Shown: positions 9,761 to 19,930 of the stretch, one piece after another
Layout of the letters: every line of letters begins with the position of its first letter
How positions within the stretch are numbered: position 1 is the first letter of the stretch
Source of the DNA: Woeseiaceae bacterium
GTDB lineage: Bacteria > Pseudomonadota > Gammaproteobacteria > Steroidobacterales > Woeseiaceae
Length of the DNA stretch: 64,000 bases
Direction: 5' to 3'
Assembly: GCA_045110335.1 (NCBI GenBank)
Contig: JBGCGB010000005.1
Span: 9,603-73,602 of the forward strand
Program-made: the position numbers and the translations under genes
The notes under the pieces: generated by a model
Told to the model about the DNA's origin: nothing
The model's database searches: none
What the model saw: the letters and a program-made list of their open reading frames with translations, nothing else

Positions 9761-10591
9761 CTAATTCCTACCAAACAGCTTGCCGATTTTCTTCAGCAGG
9801 CTTGTCTTAGCCGGAAACGATTCTTTTACTTGCGCCAGCATGACCGAGATATTATCTCTACCGCCGTGCTCATTCGCGAGCTTAATCAATTGCTTAGCGG
9901 CGACTTCTAGGTTATCACTAAACGTGGTTATAGTTAAGTGTATATCGTCGTCCTCAACCATGTCCGGTAAGCCGTCTGAGCAAAGCAAGTAAATATCGCC
10001 GACTTCGACGTCAACTTCCTGTATTTCTACTTCAACTTGCGATTCAACGCCTAGCGCCCGCGTCACATAATTGCGGTTTGTTGATCTTTGCGCTTCCTCT
10101 TCCGAGTAAAAGCCCCGATCTATCAGCTCTTGGAGCAAAGAATGATCCAATGTGACCTGCGAAAGTTCGCCGCCACGCATCCGGTAAAGCCGCGAATCGC
10201 CCACATGCGCGATCGATAGACGGTTGTCGTAGAACAAGCCGCAAACAATGGTGGTGCCCATGCCCTCACATTGAGGTTGGCTTTGAGCGGTTTGATGAAT
10301 GATCTTGTTCGCTCGCCGGACGCCGTCGCGAAGGACAATAGTCTGGCGCATGAAGCCGGTCGTGCTTTCGACGTCTCCACGTTTTTCGCGCATCATCGAA
10401 TCGCTGAGCAGGCCATAGACGGTTTTGACAGCAATACCACTAGCGACTTCGCCAGCATTATAGCCCCCCATACCATCGGCCAAAACAAGCAACCCTGCTT
10501 CCGAGTTCGTGGCGATCGCATCTTCATTGTGATCACGTACACGCCCGGTATCGGTGAGCGCTGAGAATTTGATTTTGCCTTTTATTGTCAT
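9761..10591 (-). CDS. PP2C-family Ser/Thr phosphatase (Stp1-like)
   Basis: RDHNEDA, LADGMGGYNAGEVAS, LLCSDGLPDMV and GGRDNISV are the PPM metal-binding motifs. Confidence 0.9.
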   Translation of the reverse strand: MTIKGKIKFSALTDTGRVRDHNEDAIATNSEAGLLVLADGMGGYNAGEVASGIAVKTVYGLLSDSMMREKRGDVESTTGFMRQTIVLRDGVRRANKIIHQTAQSQPQCEGMGTTIVCGLFYDNRLSIAHVGDSRLYRMRGGELSQVTLDHSLLQELIDRGFYSEEEAQRSTNRNYVTRALGVESQVEVEIQEVDVEVGDIYLLCSDGLPDMVEDDDIHLTITTFSDNLEVAAKQLIKLANEHGGRDNISVMLAQVKESFPAKTSLLKKIGKLFGRN

Positions 10592-10604
10592 CGTCTAATT
10601 ATTG

Positions 10605-12746
10605 TTATTCGTTAACAGCGCGACCGAACAGCACGGAGACACACTCTCTAAGCGCAAACGCCATATCGTTGCCGTCGGTAAATCGATTTTCAGATTGTTT
10701 TGCCAGCGCCTTTTCCATAAACGCATCGAGTGCAGGCGGCAAGCCTTGTCGAAGGCTCGTGACGGGCGCTGGTGTTTTCTCCGCAATTGCCGTCATGAGT
10801 TCAGCGATGGTCTTGCCTTGGAAGGGCACTTCCCCAGTTAGTAGCTCGTATAGGGTAACACCAAGTGAAAACAAGTCCGAGCTTCCCGTCACAGCATCGC
10901 CACGGGCTTGTTCGGGCGACATGTAGGAGGGTGTGCCTAAGATAATGCCGGTTTGAGTGCGCTCGGCATCGATGAGTTTGGCGACACCGAAGTCCGTGAT
11001 TTTGACCGATTCGGTTTGCGGGTCAAGTAACAGGTTCGCCGGTTTGATATCCCGATGAACGACGTGTTCGCCGTGCGCGTAATCCAGGGCTTCGGCGATG
11101 CTGATCCCCAATTGCAGAACGGTGAGGGGATCCAGCAGGGCATCGGCGGGCGTGTGTTCGGTTAACTGAATACCCGGAACATATTCCATCGCAATAAAGC
11201 CCAGTGCATTTTCCTCACCTGAATCGTATACCGCAGTAATTCCCGGGTGTGTTAGACGGCCGGCCGATTCGGCCTCCTGAAAGAACCGCGAGCGCATTTC
11301 GACCATGACCGCTTCATTATCGTATTTCTTGAAAGAAACAATCTTCAATGCGATGAGGCGATTGATGCGCGGGTCGCGGCCAAGGAATACGCCGCCCATG
11401 GCACCTTTGCCTAGTGGGCGCAGCACTTCGTAGCGTCCCAGTTTAGCTGGGATCTCTGCCGGTATGGACGCTCTTTTGTTGAATTCTGACTGTTGTCCTT
11501 CGGTCGGTGCAGAAGCTTGATCGTTACGGCCCATGTAGGCAAACACTGCTCGTGCCTGCTCCGATTGACCGCGCTTTTCAAATGCGATGGCCAGTTTGTA
11601 GAGTGTAGGTACGAGTGACGGATCGGGCGGGCAATGACGAAGTACACGAAACGCCGCATCCAGTTTGCCGGTGCGAAGATAGCGAACACCGGTTCTGAAA
11701 CTCTCGCGCCGATTGGATGCGCGATCTGGTGTTAGCCAGAAGCAGATCGCAAACCCAGACAACAAGGCAAGCAGCGGTCTTAAGGCATCGATTTGTAGCG
11801 CAAAGCTGTTGGCGAGGAGCCATTGCCCGACTAACGTAAACAAGGTGAGTGTCGCCGCAGCGATCGCAATCATCTTGCGAGATTCCCGCCAAACAGCGGA
11901 AACCAGAACAAACATGCCGACGGCAATGATGAGCCAGCTCAGTGTGGTTGCCCACTTCGGTTGCAGAAGGACTTCGCCGCTGGCTAATGCCGAGTTCATT
12001 TGTCCAAAGCGAATCAGTCGGGCTGCAACGAAATCGCCTTGCCGTGCATCAACACTGCCTAATTGGCCGACATAAATATGTTTGTTAGCTACGGCGTCAT
12101 CGACTTCTCGATCGGGCTTAGCGAGCAGCGCCGTCGTGGTAATAGGCTCGAGCACCGGTACACGCTTACTGATCAATCGGGCATCCGGTTGTTCGTAGAT
12201 CGCGCTGTTATATTGGCGCCAGTTCTCATTCGGCAGTAACGGCAGCAGTGCTGCACTGCTGCGCATCGTGTTACCGCTGAGCTTCCACGCCTGCAGGCCA
12301 CGATGTTGTTCGCTGCTTCTGCGAGGCAGCGCGGCATGGCCGATGCCCCGAGCGGCCGCGCGTGCTTCGGGGTCGCTGCCCACTTTGTCTGCATTGAATG
12401 CATCGGTCAGATAAAGAGAGCCGTGATATCGAATGGCTTCTATCAAGTCATCATCGGCGCCGATGACGGGGTCGATGACGGTGACGCTGCGTGCCCGGTC
12501 GAGTTTATTGATCAGGCGCTTCAAAAGCGCGTTGTTATCTAAGTCTTCTGGAGACACGGCGACCAGAATGGGTTGGTGCCTTTGTTGTATCTCTGCAGTG
12601 GGCGTTGTCATGCTGCGTAGCGCGAGGTCGAGTTTTTCGAACCACGCACTAGCCGGACCGAAACTTAGCGTCGCCGGCAGAAGCACGAACACGCATACGG
12701 CCAGTTGAATCTGTCGCCCAAGCGGAATTGAGAACTTAGTCTTCAT
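10605..12746 (-). CDS. Membrane Ser/Thr protein kinase with an N-terminal CHASE2-like periplasmic sensor
   Basis: The C-terminal Hanks kinase domain (about 10632-11437) has GKGAMGGV, ALKIV, HRDIKPANLLL, DFGVAK and GTPSYMSPEQ. The N-terminus is a signal/TM segment, a ~230-aa periplasmic region and 3 clustered TM helices, which is the CHASE2 layout, followed by a TPR-like linker. Confidence 0.9.
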   Translation of the reverse strand: MKTKFSIPLGRQIQLAVCVFVLLPATLSFGPASAWFEKLDLALRSMTTPTAEIQQRHQPILVAVSPEDLDNNALLKRLINKLDRARSVTVIDPVIGADDDLIEAIRYHGSLYLTDAFNADKVGSDPEARAAARGIGHAALPRRSSEQHRGLQAWKLSGNTMRSSAALLPLLPNENWRQYNSAIYEQPDARLISKRVPVLEPITTTALLAKPDREVDDAVANKHIYVGQLGSVDARQGDFVAARLIRFGQMNSALASGEVLLQPKWATTLSWLIIAVGMFVLVSAVWRESRKMIAIAAATLTLFTLVGQWLLANSFALQIDALRPLLALLSGFAICFWLTPDRASNRRESFRTGVRYLRTGKLDAAFRVLRHCPPDPSLVPTLYKLAIAFEKRGQSEQARAVFAYMGRNDQASAPTEGQQSEFNKRASIPAEIPAKLGRYEVLRPLGKGAMGGVFLGRDPRINRLIALKIVSFKKYDNEAVMVEMRSRFFQEAESAGRLTHPGITAVYDSGEENALGFIAMEYVPGIQLTEHTPADALLDPLTVLQLGISIAEALDYAHGEHVVHRDIKPANLLLDPQTESVKITDFGVAKLIDAERTQTGIILGTPSYMSPEQARGDAVTGSSDLFSLGVTLYELLTGEVPFQGKTIAELMTAIAEKTPAPVTSLRQGLPPALDAFMEKALAKQSENRFTDGNDMAFALRECVSVLFGRAVNE

Positions 12747-12856
12747 AAACGCCGGAAAGTTTAGGATTTTCCTCAGTAATTTAATGCGAAACAGTTAGCA
12801 CTTTGGCGTATTCTGTTAAACCTTTTTTTGATCGATAAAATGAGAACGGGTTCACA

Positions 12857-14230
12857 ATGGCCAAGAGTTCGACACGTTATGCCTGCCGTGAGTGCGGCGC
12901 TGTCTCTGCCAAATGGCAAGGCCAATGCGCTGATTGTGGTGAATGGAATTCGCTGGAAGAAATGTCGCGGGTCGAAACGGCGGCGCGCAGCAGCGCAAAG
13001 CGGACCGGATACGCAGGCGATCAGAGTGTGGCCAAGCTGGCGGAGTTGGCGGTTTCGCCCGAAGAGCAGCGCGGTCGGCGTCGGTCCGGCTTTGATGAGT
13101 TTGATCGAGTCCTTGGTGGCGGTGTCGTCGATGGCGCTGTCGCTCTGCTCGGTGGGGATCCGGGCGTTGGCAAGTCCACTTTGCTACTTCAAGTCGCCGC
13201 CAATCTTGCACAAGATGCGTCGGTCCTCTACGTCACCGGTGAGGAAAGTGTCGGACAAGTCGCGGCACGTGCCCGCCGGTTGGGCGTGGCGGACAGACCT
13301 CTGACGTTGCTCGCAGAGACTTCGGTAGAAACCATCATCGCGACGGCATCTGCTCAACGCACGACAGTTTTGGTCGTCGATTCAATGCAAACACTGGTTG
13401 CAGATCAGCAAACAGGCGCCGCCGGAGCGGTGTCCCAATTGCGCGAGTGCGTTGGTGCATTGACGCGTTTCGCCAAAACGTCGGGTGTCAGCGTATTCAT
13501 CGTTGGCCATGTGACCAAAGAAGGGGTCATTGCCGGTCCGCGTGTGGTCGAACATATGGTCGATACCGTGCTGTATTTTGAAAGTGATCCGGGCAGTCGA
13601 TTCAGTATTGTTCGTGCGGTCAAGAATCGCTTCGGCGCGGCTAGCGAAATGGGCATGTTCGCGATGCAAGAGGATGGATTTCATGAGGTGTCCAATCCGT
13701 CAGCGATGTTCTTGTCTCGCGACGATGTCAGTGTTGCCGGCAGTATCGTGACGATCACCTGGGAGGGCAGTAGGCCCGTATTGATCGAAGTACAGGCGCT
13801 GGTTGCTGACGCTCATGGCGGGCATCCGAGGAGGCTGGCACAGGGTGTGGATCAAAACCGGTTGTCGCTATTGCTGGCGGTCCTGCAGCGGCACGGCGGC
13901 CTATCACTCGCTGGTGAGGATGTGTTTGTTAACGTGGTTGGCGGCATTAGGATTTCTGAGACAGCCGGAGACTTGCCGGCGCTGCTGGCGACGGTATCCA
14001 GTTTCCGGGATCGTCCGCTTAGCCCGCGGCTAGCGAGCTTCGGAGAGCTTGGGTTAGCCGGTGAAGTTCGTCCGGTTCGTTATGGAGAAGAGCGATTGCG
14101 TGAAGCTGCCAAACAAGGTTTTGATCGCGCCATCGTTCCCAAAGCTAACGTGCCGCGTAAAAAGATCGCGGGGCTCGATGTGGTCGCCGTGTCGCGGCTG
14201 GACGAGGCGTTGCATGCTGCTTTTGACTAA
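12857..14230 (+). CDS. radA: DNA repair protein RadA (Sms)
   Basis: Zn-finger CRECGAVSAKWQGQCADCGEWNS, Walker A GDPGVGKST, the KNRFG motif and a Lon-like C-terminal domain. Confidence 0.95.
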   Translation: MAKSSTRYACRECGAVSAKWQGQCADCGEWNSLEEMSRVETAARSSAKRTGYAGDQSVAKLAELAVSPEEQRGRRRSGFDEFDRVLGGGVVDGAVALLGGDPGVGKSTLLLQVAANLAQDASVLYVTGEESVGQVAARARRLGVADRPLTLLAETSVETIIATASAQRTTVLVVDSMQTLVADQQTGAAGAVSQLRECVGALTRFAKTSGVSVFIVGHVTKEGVIAGPRVVEHMVDTVLYFESDPGSRFSIVRAVKNRFGAASEMGMFAMQEDGFHEVSNPSAMFLSRDDVSVAGSIVTITWEGSRPVLIEVQALVADAHGGHPRRLAQGVDQNRLSLLLAVLQRHGGLSLAGEDVFVNVVGGIRISETAGDLPALLATVSSFRDRPLSPRLASFGELGLAGEVRPVRYGEERLREAAKQGFDRAIVPKANVPRKKIAGLDVVAVSRLDEALHAAFD

Positions 14231-14243
14231 GCGGTGATCTCGC

Positions 14244-15515
14244 CTAAGCGTTCCGTTCGCCTCCGCGGCGTTGTAGCTTGGCTTCAAGTACCATGTTTTC
14301 GTTGCTATCGATCACTTTAATATCGTAGTGATCGATCGATAAGCTCACACCGGCCGGCGGAATGGTTTCCAGTTTCTCCTGGACCAATCCGTTAATTGTT
14401 TTGGCGCCGTCGGTGGGTAGAGTCCAATCCAGTTGTCTGTTGAGTTCGCGGACATGCACCGAACCATTGACGAGATAAGTGTCGGTTTCCACTTCGCGAA
14501 TGGCCTCCGGATTTTCACCCGGGTCTGTGGTGAACTCTCCAACAATCTCTTCAAGAATATCTTCAAGCGTCACCATACCTTGAATATCACCATATTCATC
14601 CACCACCAACGCCATGCGTGCTTTGCGTTTTTGAAACTGGATGAGCTGGACGCTAAGTGGCGTACCCTCTGGTACGAAATAAGGCTCGCCGACCGCATCG
14701 CGGATGAATTGCTTCGAAACGGATTCACGGTTGCCCACGCGCGCTAAGCTGCGCAAATGTAGCAGCCCGACGATTCGATCAATATTGTCTTCATAGACGG
14801 GCAGGCGCGTATGCTCGCTCGATTCGATGACGCTGATAATTTCATCAAGATCATCATCGAGATCGATACCGATGATATCGTTGTGCGGCACCATGACATC
14901 GTCGACAGATACCTTTTCCAGATCGAGGATGCCCGTCAGCATGCTGCGATACTTTCGCGAAATCAGCGCACCGGCTTCATTAACTACGGTCCGGAGTTCC
15001 TCATGGCTCAGCGCGTGACCTTCTACTTCGTTTTCGCGCACACCGAGCAGTCGTAACACCGTATTGGCCATGACATTGGTGAGCCAAACAAACGGATAGA
15101 GCAGCTTCAGCAACGGGTAGTAAATATACGCGGCGGGCATCGCGACGCGATCCGGGTGCAACGCCGCCAATGTCTTGGGTGCCACTTCAGCAAAAATCAA
15201 AACGACTAGCGTTAAGATACCAGTGCTGATCGCCACGGCGGCTTCTCCGCCTAACCGTTGCGCTATCAGTGTCACTAACGCAGCGGTCGTAAAGTTCACC
15301 GCGTTGTTGCCCAGTAAGATTAGCCCGATCAGGCGTTCGGGTTTTGACAGCAATGCTTCCGCGAGTTGGGCAGACTTCACGCCTGAGCGAGCTCGATGTC
15401 TAAGCCGGTATCGGTTCAAACTCATCAAAGCAGTCTCGGTTCCCGAGAAGAATGCTGAGCAACAAAGTAAGCCCGCGACAATAGCAAATAGGACACTGAG
15501 TGGGATGTCATCCAA
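14244..15515 (-). CDS. HlyC/CorC (CNNM) family transporter
   Basis: N-terminal DUF21 4-TM module, a CBS pair, and a C-terminal CorC_HlyC domain. Confidence 0.88.
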   Translation of the reverse strand: MDDIPLSVLFAIVAGLLCCSAFFSGTETALMSLNRYRLRHRARSGVKSAQLAEALLSKPERLIGLILLGNNAVNFTTAALVTLIAQRLGGEAAVAISTGILTLVVLIFAEVAPKTLAALHPDRVAMPAAYIYYPLLKLLYPFVWLTNVMANTVLRLLGVRENEVEGHALSHEELRTVVNEAGALISRKYRSMLTGILDLEKVSVDDVMVPHNDIIGIDLDDDLDEIISVIESSEHTRLPVYEDNIDRIVGLLHLRSLARVGNRESVSKQFIRDAVGEPYFVPEGTPLSVQLIQFQKRKARMALVVDEYGDIQGMVTLEDILEEIVGEFTTDPGENPEAIREVETDTYLVNGSVHVRELNRQLDWTLPTDGAKTINGLVQEKLETIPPAGVSLSIDHYDIKVIDSNENMVLEAKLQRRGGERNA

Positions 15516-15564
15516 AGCAGAGGTTCTCCGAGGCGTGCGAGCGTTCAGGTCTTACGCTAGCGCT

Positions 15565-16362
15565 TTAGCCCCATTGTTTACCAAGCATGAGTTCAAGCAC
15601 GATTTTGCTACCGAAATAGGCGAGCAGGAGAAACGCAAAACCCGCCAAGTATAAGTACAGCATTTGGCGCCCGCGCCAGCCGGAAACTCGTCGGCCGACA
15701 ACCAGCACGCCAAAAATGGCAAGCGCAATTAATGTCAGGACGGTCTTATGTACAAGATGTTGCGCGAACAGGTTGTCAATAAAACCAAAGCCGGTAGCGA
15801 CCGACAGTAGTAAGAAAACGAAGCCGGAAGTGGTTAGCATCGCCAGAAACTGCTCAGTGGCCATGAGCGGCGGTAAAAGGTTGGTCAATCGGGTCACTTT
15901 GGCCGCGCGCAATTGACGGTCTTGTGCCAAGGAGGCCATCGCTAAAATAGCGCCAGCTGCCAGAAAACTGTAGGCGACCAGTGAAAGCACAGCATGCAGT
16001 TTGATATGCCAGGGCAGTGCCGCGGATGGGTCCGAGGCCGCGAAATACTGCAGTGTCAGCATGGCTGCGCCGGCAGCGAACATCACCCCGCCTAGCGCGC
16101 GAAATCCGGGTTGTAGTGCGGCGAACAAGCCAATGACGGCGAAAAGCCACCCAAGTACACTAAGCACACCGGCCAGGCCAAGCCCGGAAGAAGGGTTGAG
16201 CAACACATTATGCGCCAGTGCAGCGCCATGCAGCGCAATCGCAAGGGCGACAAGGGCGAGGAAGATGTTTCGCGTGCCATCTTTACCCTTTTCATCTGAA
16301 AACAGGGTCAGCAATGCTGCGGCAGAACCGATATAGGTCGCAAAAATTGTGAAGACAAACAC
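15565..16362 (-). CDS. ypjD: Cytochrome c assembly family inner-membrane protein (YpjD/CcsA-like)
   Basis: 265-aa polytopic protein. The ypjD/ffh neighbourhood matches enterobacteria. Confidence 0.8.
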   Translation of the reverse strand: MFVFTIFATYIGSAAALLTLFSDEKGKDGTRNIFLALVALAIALHGAALAHNVLLNPSSGLGLAGVLSVLGWLFAVIGLFAALQPGFRALGGVMFAAGAAMLTLQYFAASDPSAALPWHIKLHAVLSLVAYSFLAAGAILAMASLAQDRQLRAAKVTRLTNLLPPLMATEQFLAMLTTSGFVFLLLSVATGFGFIDNLFAQHLVHKTVLTLIALAIFGVLVVGRRVSGWRGRQMLYLYLAGFAFLLLAYFGSKIVLELMLGKQWG

Positions 16363-16515
16363 AGAAACTCCGAGTGGGCTGCCATACCGTGCCCATCAAG
16401 CGAGAATAATCGCATAAGCAGCGCGGCTTGATAAGTCTGGTTTCCATTCTTGGCAAGTTTGCCGGTAAGGCCTCGGGCTAGGATTCCCGACGTCGCTAAC
16501 GGATACGGTTGGGTT

Positions 16516-17283
16516 ATGGACATAAGAGTGCTGGGATGCAGCGGTGGGATCGGCGGTGGCGCGCGGACCTCGGCGATGCTGATAGATGCCGATATCCTGT
16601 TGGATGCGGGTACGGGCGTGGGTGATTTGCCGCTGGCCGATCTTCGTCATATCCGTCATGTGTTTCTCACGCATGCGCATTTGGATCATGTCGCCGGGTT
16701 GCCGTTCCTGATTGATAGCGTCTTCGATGCGCGAATCGGCGATCCGCTCGTGGTTTATGGTCGTAGCGAAACTTTGGCAACGGTCCAAAAACATATTTTC
16801 AATTGGGAGATTTGGCCCGATTTTGCGCAACTCCCAGATCTGCATAACCCGGTGATTCGCTATCAGGCCCTGGAGCCCGGCCAGATGGTTGAAGTGTCTG
16901 GACGGTTTTTTCATGCGGTTGATGTGCGGCATTCGGTGCCGGCGCAAGGTTATTGTATTAGCCATGAAGGCGGCGTGTTTGCGGTCAGCGGTGATACGGC
17001 GACCAACAATACATTGTGGCCACTACTGAATTCGCTGCCCGAGTTGAAAGCGTTAGTCGTCGAAGTTTCTTTTCCCGATGAGCAAGCGGCACTGGCTAAG
17101 GCGGCGGGTCATTACTGCCCGCGAACGTTAGCGGCAGATTTGATCAAGTTGGATCATGAGCCGGAGATTTGGCTGACTGCAATGAAACCTGGCGACGAAG
17201 CGGTTATTTTCGAGCAGGTTCAGGCCGCAATTCCGGCGAGAGATGTCAGCATGCTTCAGAAGGGCGCTTCACTCAAAATTTAG
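16516..17283 (+). CDS. MBL-fold class II 3',5'-cyclic-nucleotide phosphodiesterase
   Basis: MDIRVLGCSGG...LLDAGTG...FLTHAHLDHVAGLPFL is the class II PDE signature HxHLDH. I place the start at ATG 16516; the track ORF begins further upstream. Confidence 0.8.
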   Translation: MDIRVLGCSGGIGGGARTSAMLIDADILLDAGTGVGDLPLADLRHIRHVFLTHAHLDHVAGLPFLIDSVFDARIGDPLVVYGRSETLATVQKHIFNWEIWPDFAQLPDLHNPVIRYQALEPGQMVEVSGRFFHAVDVRHSVPAQGYCISHEGGVFAVSGDTATNNTLWPLLNSLPELKALVVEVSFPDEQAALAKAAGHYCPRTLAADLIKLDHEPEIWLTAMKPGDEAVIFEQVQAAIPARDVSMLQKGASLKI

Positions 17284-17459
17284 CGCCCCGTCACGGTGGC
17301 GCCAAGTTGCCATTTGCCAATTTCATCCGAACCGGCATTCCTCATTGCTCGCTATTGTTATGCGGCATTCGCGTTACAAGCAGGATGAGGGCTTTTATCG
17401 CTCATCGGCAGCGGCTGCGCTATTATTAAGCACTTAATAGATTGCCAGGACTAACAAGC

Positions 17460-18824
17460 ATGTTTGACAACTTGTCAGAACGCTTACGCAGCGCCACCCA
17501 GACGCTCTCCGGGAAGGGCCGGATCACCGAGGATAACGTCAAGGAGACGCTCCGTCAGGTGCGAATGGCGTTGCTCGAGGCCGACGTTGCATTGCCTGTC
17601 GTCAAGCCATTCATTGAACGGGTTCGCGAGCAAGCCGTCGGTGAGAAAGTGCTCACGAGCCTGACGCCCGGACAAGCTTTCACTAAAATTATTCATGATG
17701 AACTCACCCAAGTATTGGGCGGTGAGTCAACGCCGCTGAATCTGCGCGCACAGCCGCCGGTTGTTATCTTGCTCGCAGGTCTGCAAGGCGCCGGTAAAAC
17801 AACAACGGCGGCGAAATTGGCCGTCCATCTCGCGGAGCGCGAGAAAAAGAAGGTCATGCTTGTCAGCGTCGATGTGCATCGACCCGCCGCGATCCTTCAG
17901 TTGCAGACGTTGGCCGGTGAAGTTGGCGCCATGTTCCACGAGAGTCAGGGTAGCGAGGCACCTGTCGCTATCGCCAAGCGCGCGATTGATGATGCCAAGC
18001 GACAGTTTGCGGACGTGCTCATTGTTGATACGGCGGGTCGCTTATCGGTCGATGAAGCGATGATGCAAGAGGTCGCCGAGGTGCATGCCGCTGTGGCGCC
18101 TCAGGAAACGCTCTTCGTTGTAGACAGCATGGCCGGACAAGACGCTGTTTCATCCGCTGCGGCATTTGATCAAACGCTAGCATTGACCGGTGTTGTACTA
18201 ACAAAAGCGGACGGCGACGCCCGCGGTGGTGTTGCGTTGAGTGTTCGCGAAACCATTGGCAAACCCATTCGTTTCCTCGGTGTCGGCGAGAAAACTGATG
18301 CGCTGGAGGCCTTTCACCCGGAACGCATGGCGTCGCGCATCCTTGGCATGGGCGATGTGTTGTCGCTAGTCGAGGATGTTGAGCAGAAGGTTGATCAACA
18401 AAAAGCGCAAAAACTGGCGAAAAAGCTCAAGAAAGGCCGCGGATTCGACCTCTCGGATCTGAAAGACCAGTTTCAACAGATGCAAAATATGGGTGGGCTC
18501 GGTGCGCTCATGGAGAAGATGCCGCTTCCGGGGAATGTTGATACGGCAGCACTCAAAGGCCAAATGGATGACAAGCAGCTCAAGCGACAAGTCGCAATTA
18601 TCGATTCTATGACGCCTGAGGAGCGGAAATTCCCTAAGAAAATCAATGGGTCACGAAAGAAGCGCATCGCTAAAGGTGCGGGTCAACAGATTCAGGATGT
18701 CAACCGTTTACTAAAGCAGCACATGCAGATGGAAAAGATGATGAAGAAGATGTCGCGTGGAGGGTTGAAGGGCATGATGCGGGGCCTTCAAGGCGGCGGC
18801 GGCATGCCTCCGTTCGGGCGCTAG
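17460..18824 (+). CDS. ffh: Signal recognition particle protein Ffh
   Basis: MFDNLSERL start, GLQGAGKTTT, DTAGR, TKADGDARGG, and a Met-rich M-domain C-terminus. Confidence 0.96.
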   Translation: MFDNLSERLRSATQTLSGKGRITEDNVKETLRQVRMALLEADVALPVVKPFIERVREQAVGEKVLTSLTPGQAFTKIIHDELTQVLGGESTPLNLRAQPPVVILLAGLQGAGKTTTAAKLAVHLAEREKKKVMLVSVDVHRPAAILQLQTLAGEVGAMFHESQGSEAPVAIAKRAIDDAKRQFADVLIVDTAGRLSVDEAMMQEVAEVHAAVAPQETLFVVDSMAGQDAVSSAAAFDQTLALTGVVLTKADGDARGGVALSVRETIGKPIRFLGVGEKTDALEAFHPERMASRILGMGDVLSLVEDVEQKVDQQKAQKLAKKLKKGRGFDLSDLKDQFQQMQNMGGLGALMEKMPLPGNVDTAALKGQMDDKQLKRQVAIIDSMTPEERKFPKKINGSRKKRIAKGAGQQIQDVNRLLKQHMQMEKMMKKMSRGGLKGMMRGLQGGGGMPPFGR

Positions 18825-19133
18825 CAAATACTGTTTCACTTCTCCATTTAAGCCAGTACAATGGCGGGCTTAGTGCGGTTTGGTGCGGATATTGTCGTTA
18901 TCGATGATTGTCGTGATCCACCAAGCTAGCGCCAGATGGGTCTTTAGGACGAATCTGGTCGAATCATTTTTAAATCAGTAAGGCGGAATCGAGGCATTTT
19001 CGGTACCTGGTACAGCTGACCTTGTGTTGGCGGTACGACGCTCGCTAGTCGGGTCGGTATGCGCAGTGTTCCATTCAGTTACGCCTGAGAAATCAGCCCG
19101 GCACTGCGCCGCGGTCATTGTTGGAAATAGATC

Positions 19134-19391
19134 ATGGTCACAATTCGACTTACACGTGGCGGCGCCAAAAAGCGTCCTTTTTATCATTTGGTAGTTACCG
19201 ATAGCCGCAACCGTCGCGACGGTCGCTATATTGAGCGACTCGGCTTTTTTAATCCGTTGGCGAAGGGCAGCACTGAAGGGTTACGCATCGACATCGAGCG
19301 TGCTGATCATTGGATCAGTCAAGGCGCACAACCGTCGGACCGCGTTGCGCAGTTGCTGAAGCAATATCGTAAGGCTGCGAAAGCCGCGTAA
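19134..19391 (+). CDS. rpsP: 30S ribosomal protein S16
   Basis: [41 protein letters not shown] is canonical S16. Confidence 0.95.
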   Translation: MVTIRLTRGGAKKRPFYHLVVTDSRNRRDGRYIERLGFFNPLAKGSTEGLRIDIERADHWISQGAQPSDRVAQLLKQYRKAAKAA

Positions 19392-19411
19392 ATCATCGTG
19401 GTGGCGATCGG

Positions 19412-19930
19412 ATGAGCGCCGAAGCTAACGATCGAGTGATTGTCGGTGAGATCCGCGGCATTTACGGCGTAAAAGGCTGGGTGCGGTTGTTTTCATGGAC
19501 GAGTCCGAGGGAGAACCTGTTGAGGTTCTCGGCGTTCGAAGACCAAAATGGCAAGACGTGGACTTTGGTTCGCGGTCGGCCCCAAGGAAAAGGACTGATC
19601 GGCCAGCTAAAAGGCGTCGATGACCGCGATGCCGCAGCGGCGCTGAACGGAACGATGTTGACCGTTGCGCGGGATGCGTTGCCGGCGACAGAGAAAGATG
19701 AGTATTACTGGGCAGACCTCGAAGGCTGTTCAGTATCGGATATGGAAGGGCAGTTGATCGGTTTGGTCGACTACCTGATCGAAACAGGGTCAAACGATGT
19801 GTTGGTTGTCCGCACGTCGGATGGCGTCGAGACGTTGATACCGTTTATCACGGAGTCAGTGGTCAAGACAGTCGACATCGACGCCAAGCGCATCGTTGTT
19901 GATTGGGTCGGGACGGAGTATCAGGCGTGA
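19412..19930 (+). CDS. rimM: 16S rRNA processing protein RimM
   Basis: GEIRGIYGVKGWVRLFSWT is a RimM N-terminus, followed by a PRC-barrel C-terminus. Position in the operon fits. Confidence 0.92.
   Translation: MSAEANDRVIVGEIRGIYGVKGWVRLFSWTSPRENLLRFSAFEDQNGKTWTLVRGRPQGKGLIGQLKGVDDRDAAAALNGTMLTVARDALPATEKDEYYWADLEGCSVSDMEGQLIGLVDYLIETGSNDVLVVRTSDGVETLIPFITESVVKTVDIDAKRIVVDWVGTEYQA

Noticed and set aside
18975-19187. A 70-aa minus-strand ORF in the ffh/rpsP intergenic region. I also asked whether this 309-bp gap hides an RNA gene.
   Set aside because: The ORF overlaps the rpsP start and has no ribosome-binding site or family. I found no SRP-RNA, tmRNA or tRNA hallmark sequence by eye. Only a covariance-model scan could settle whether an RNA is present.
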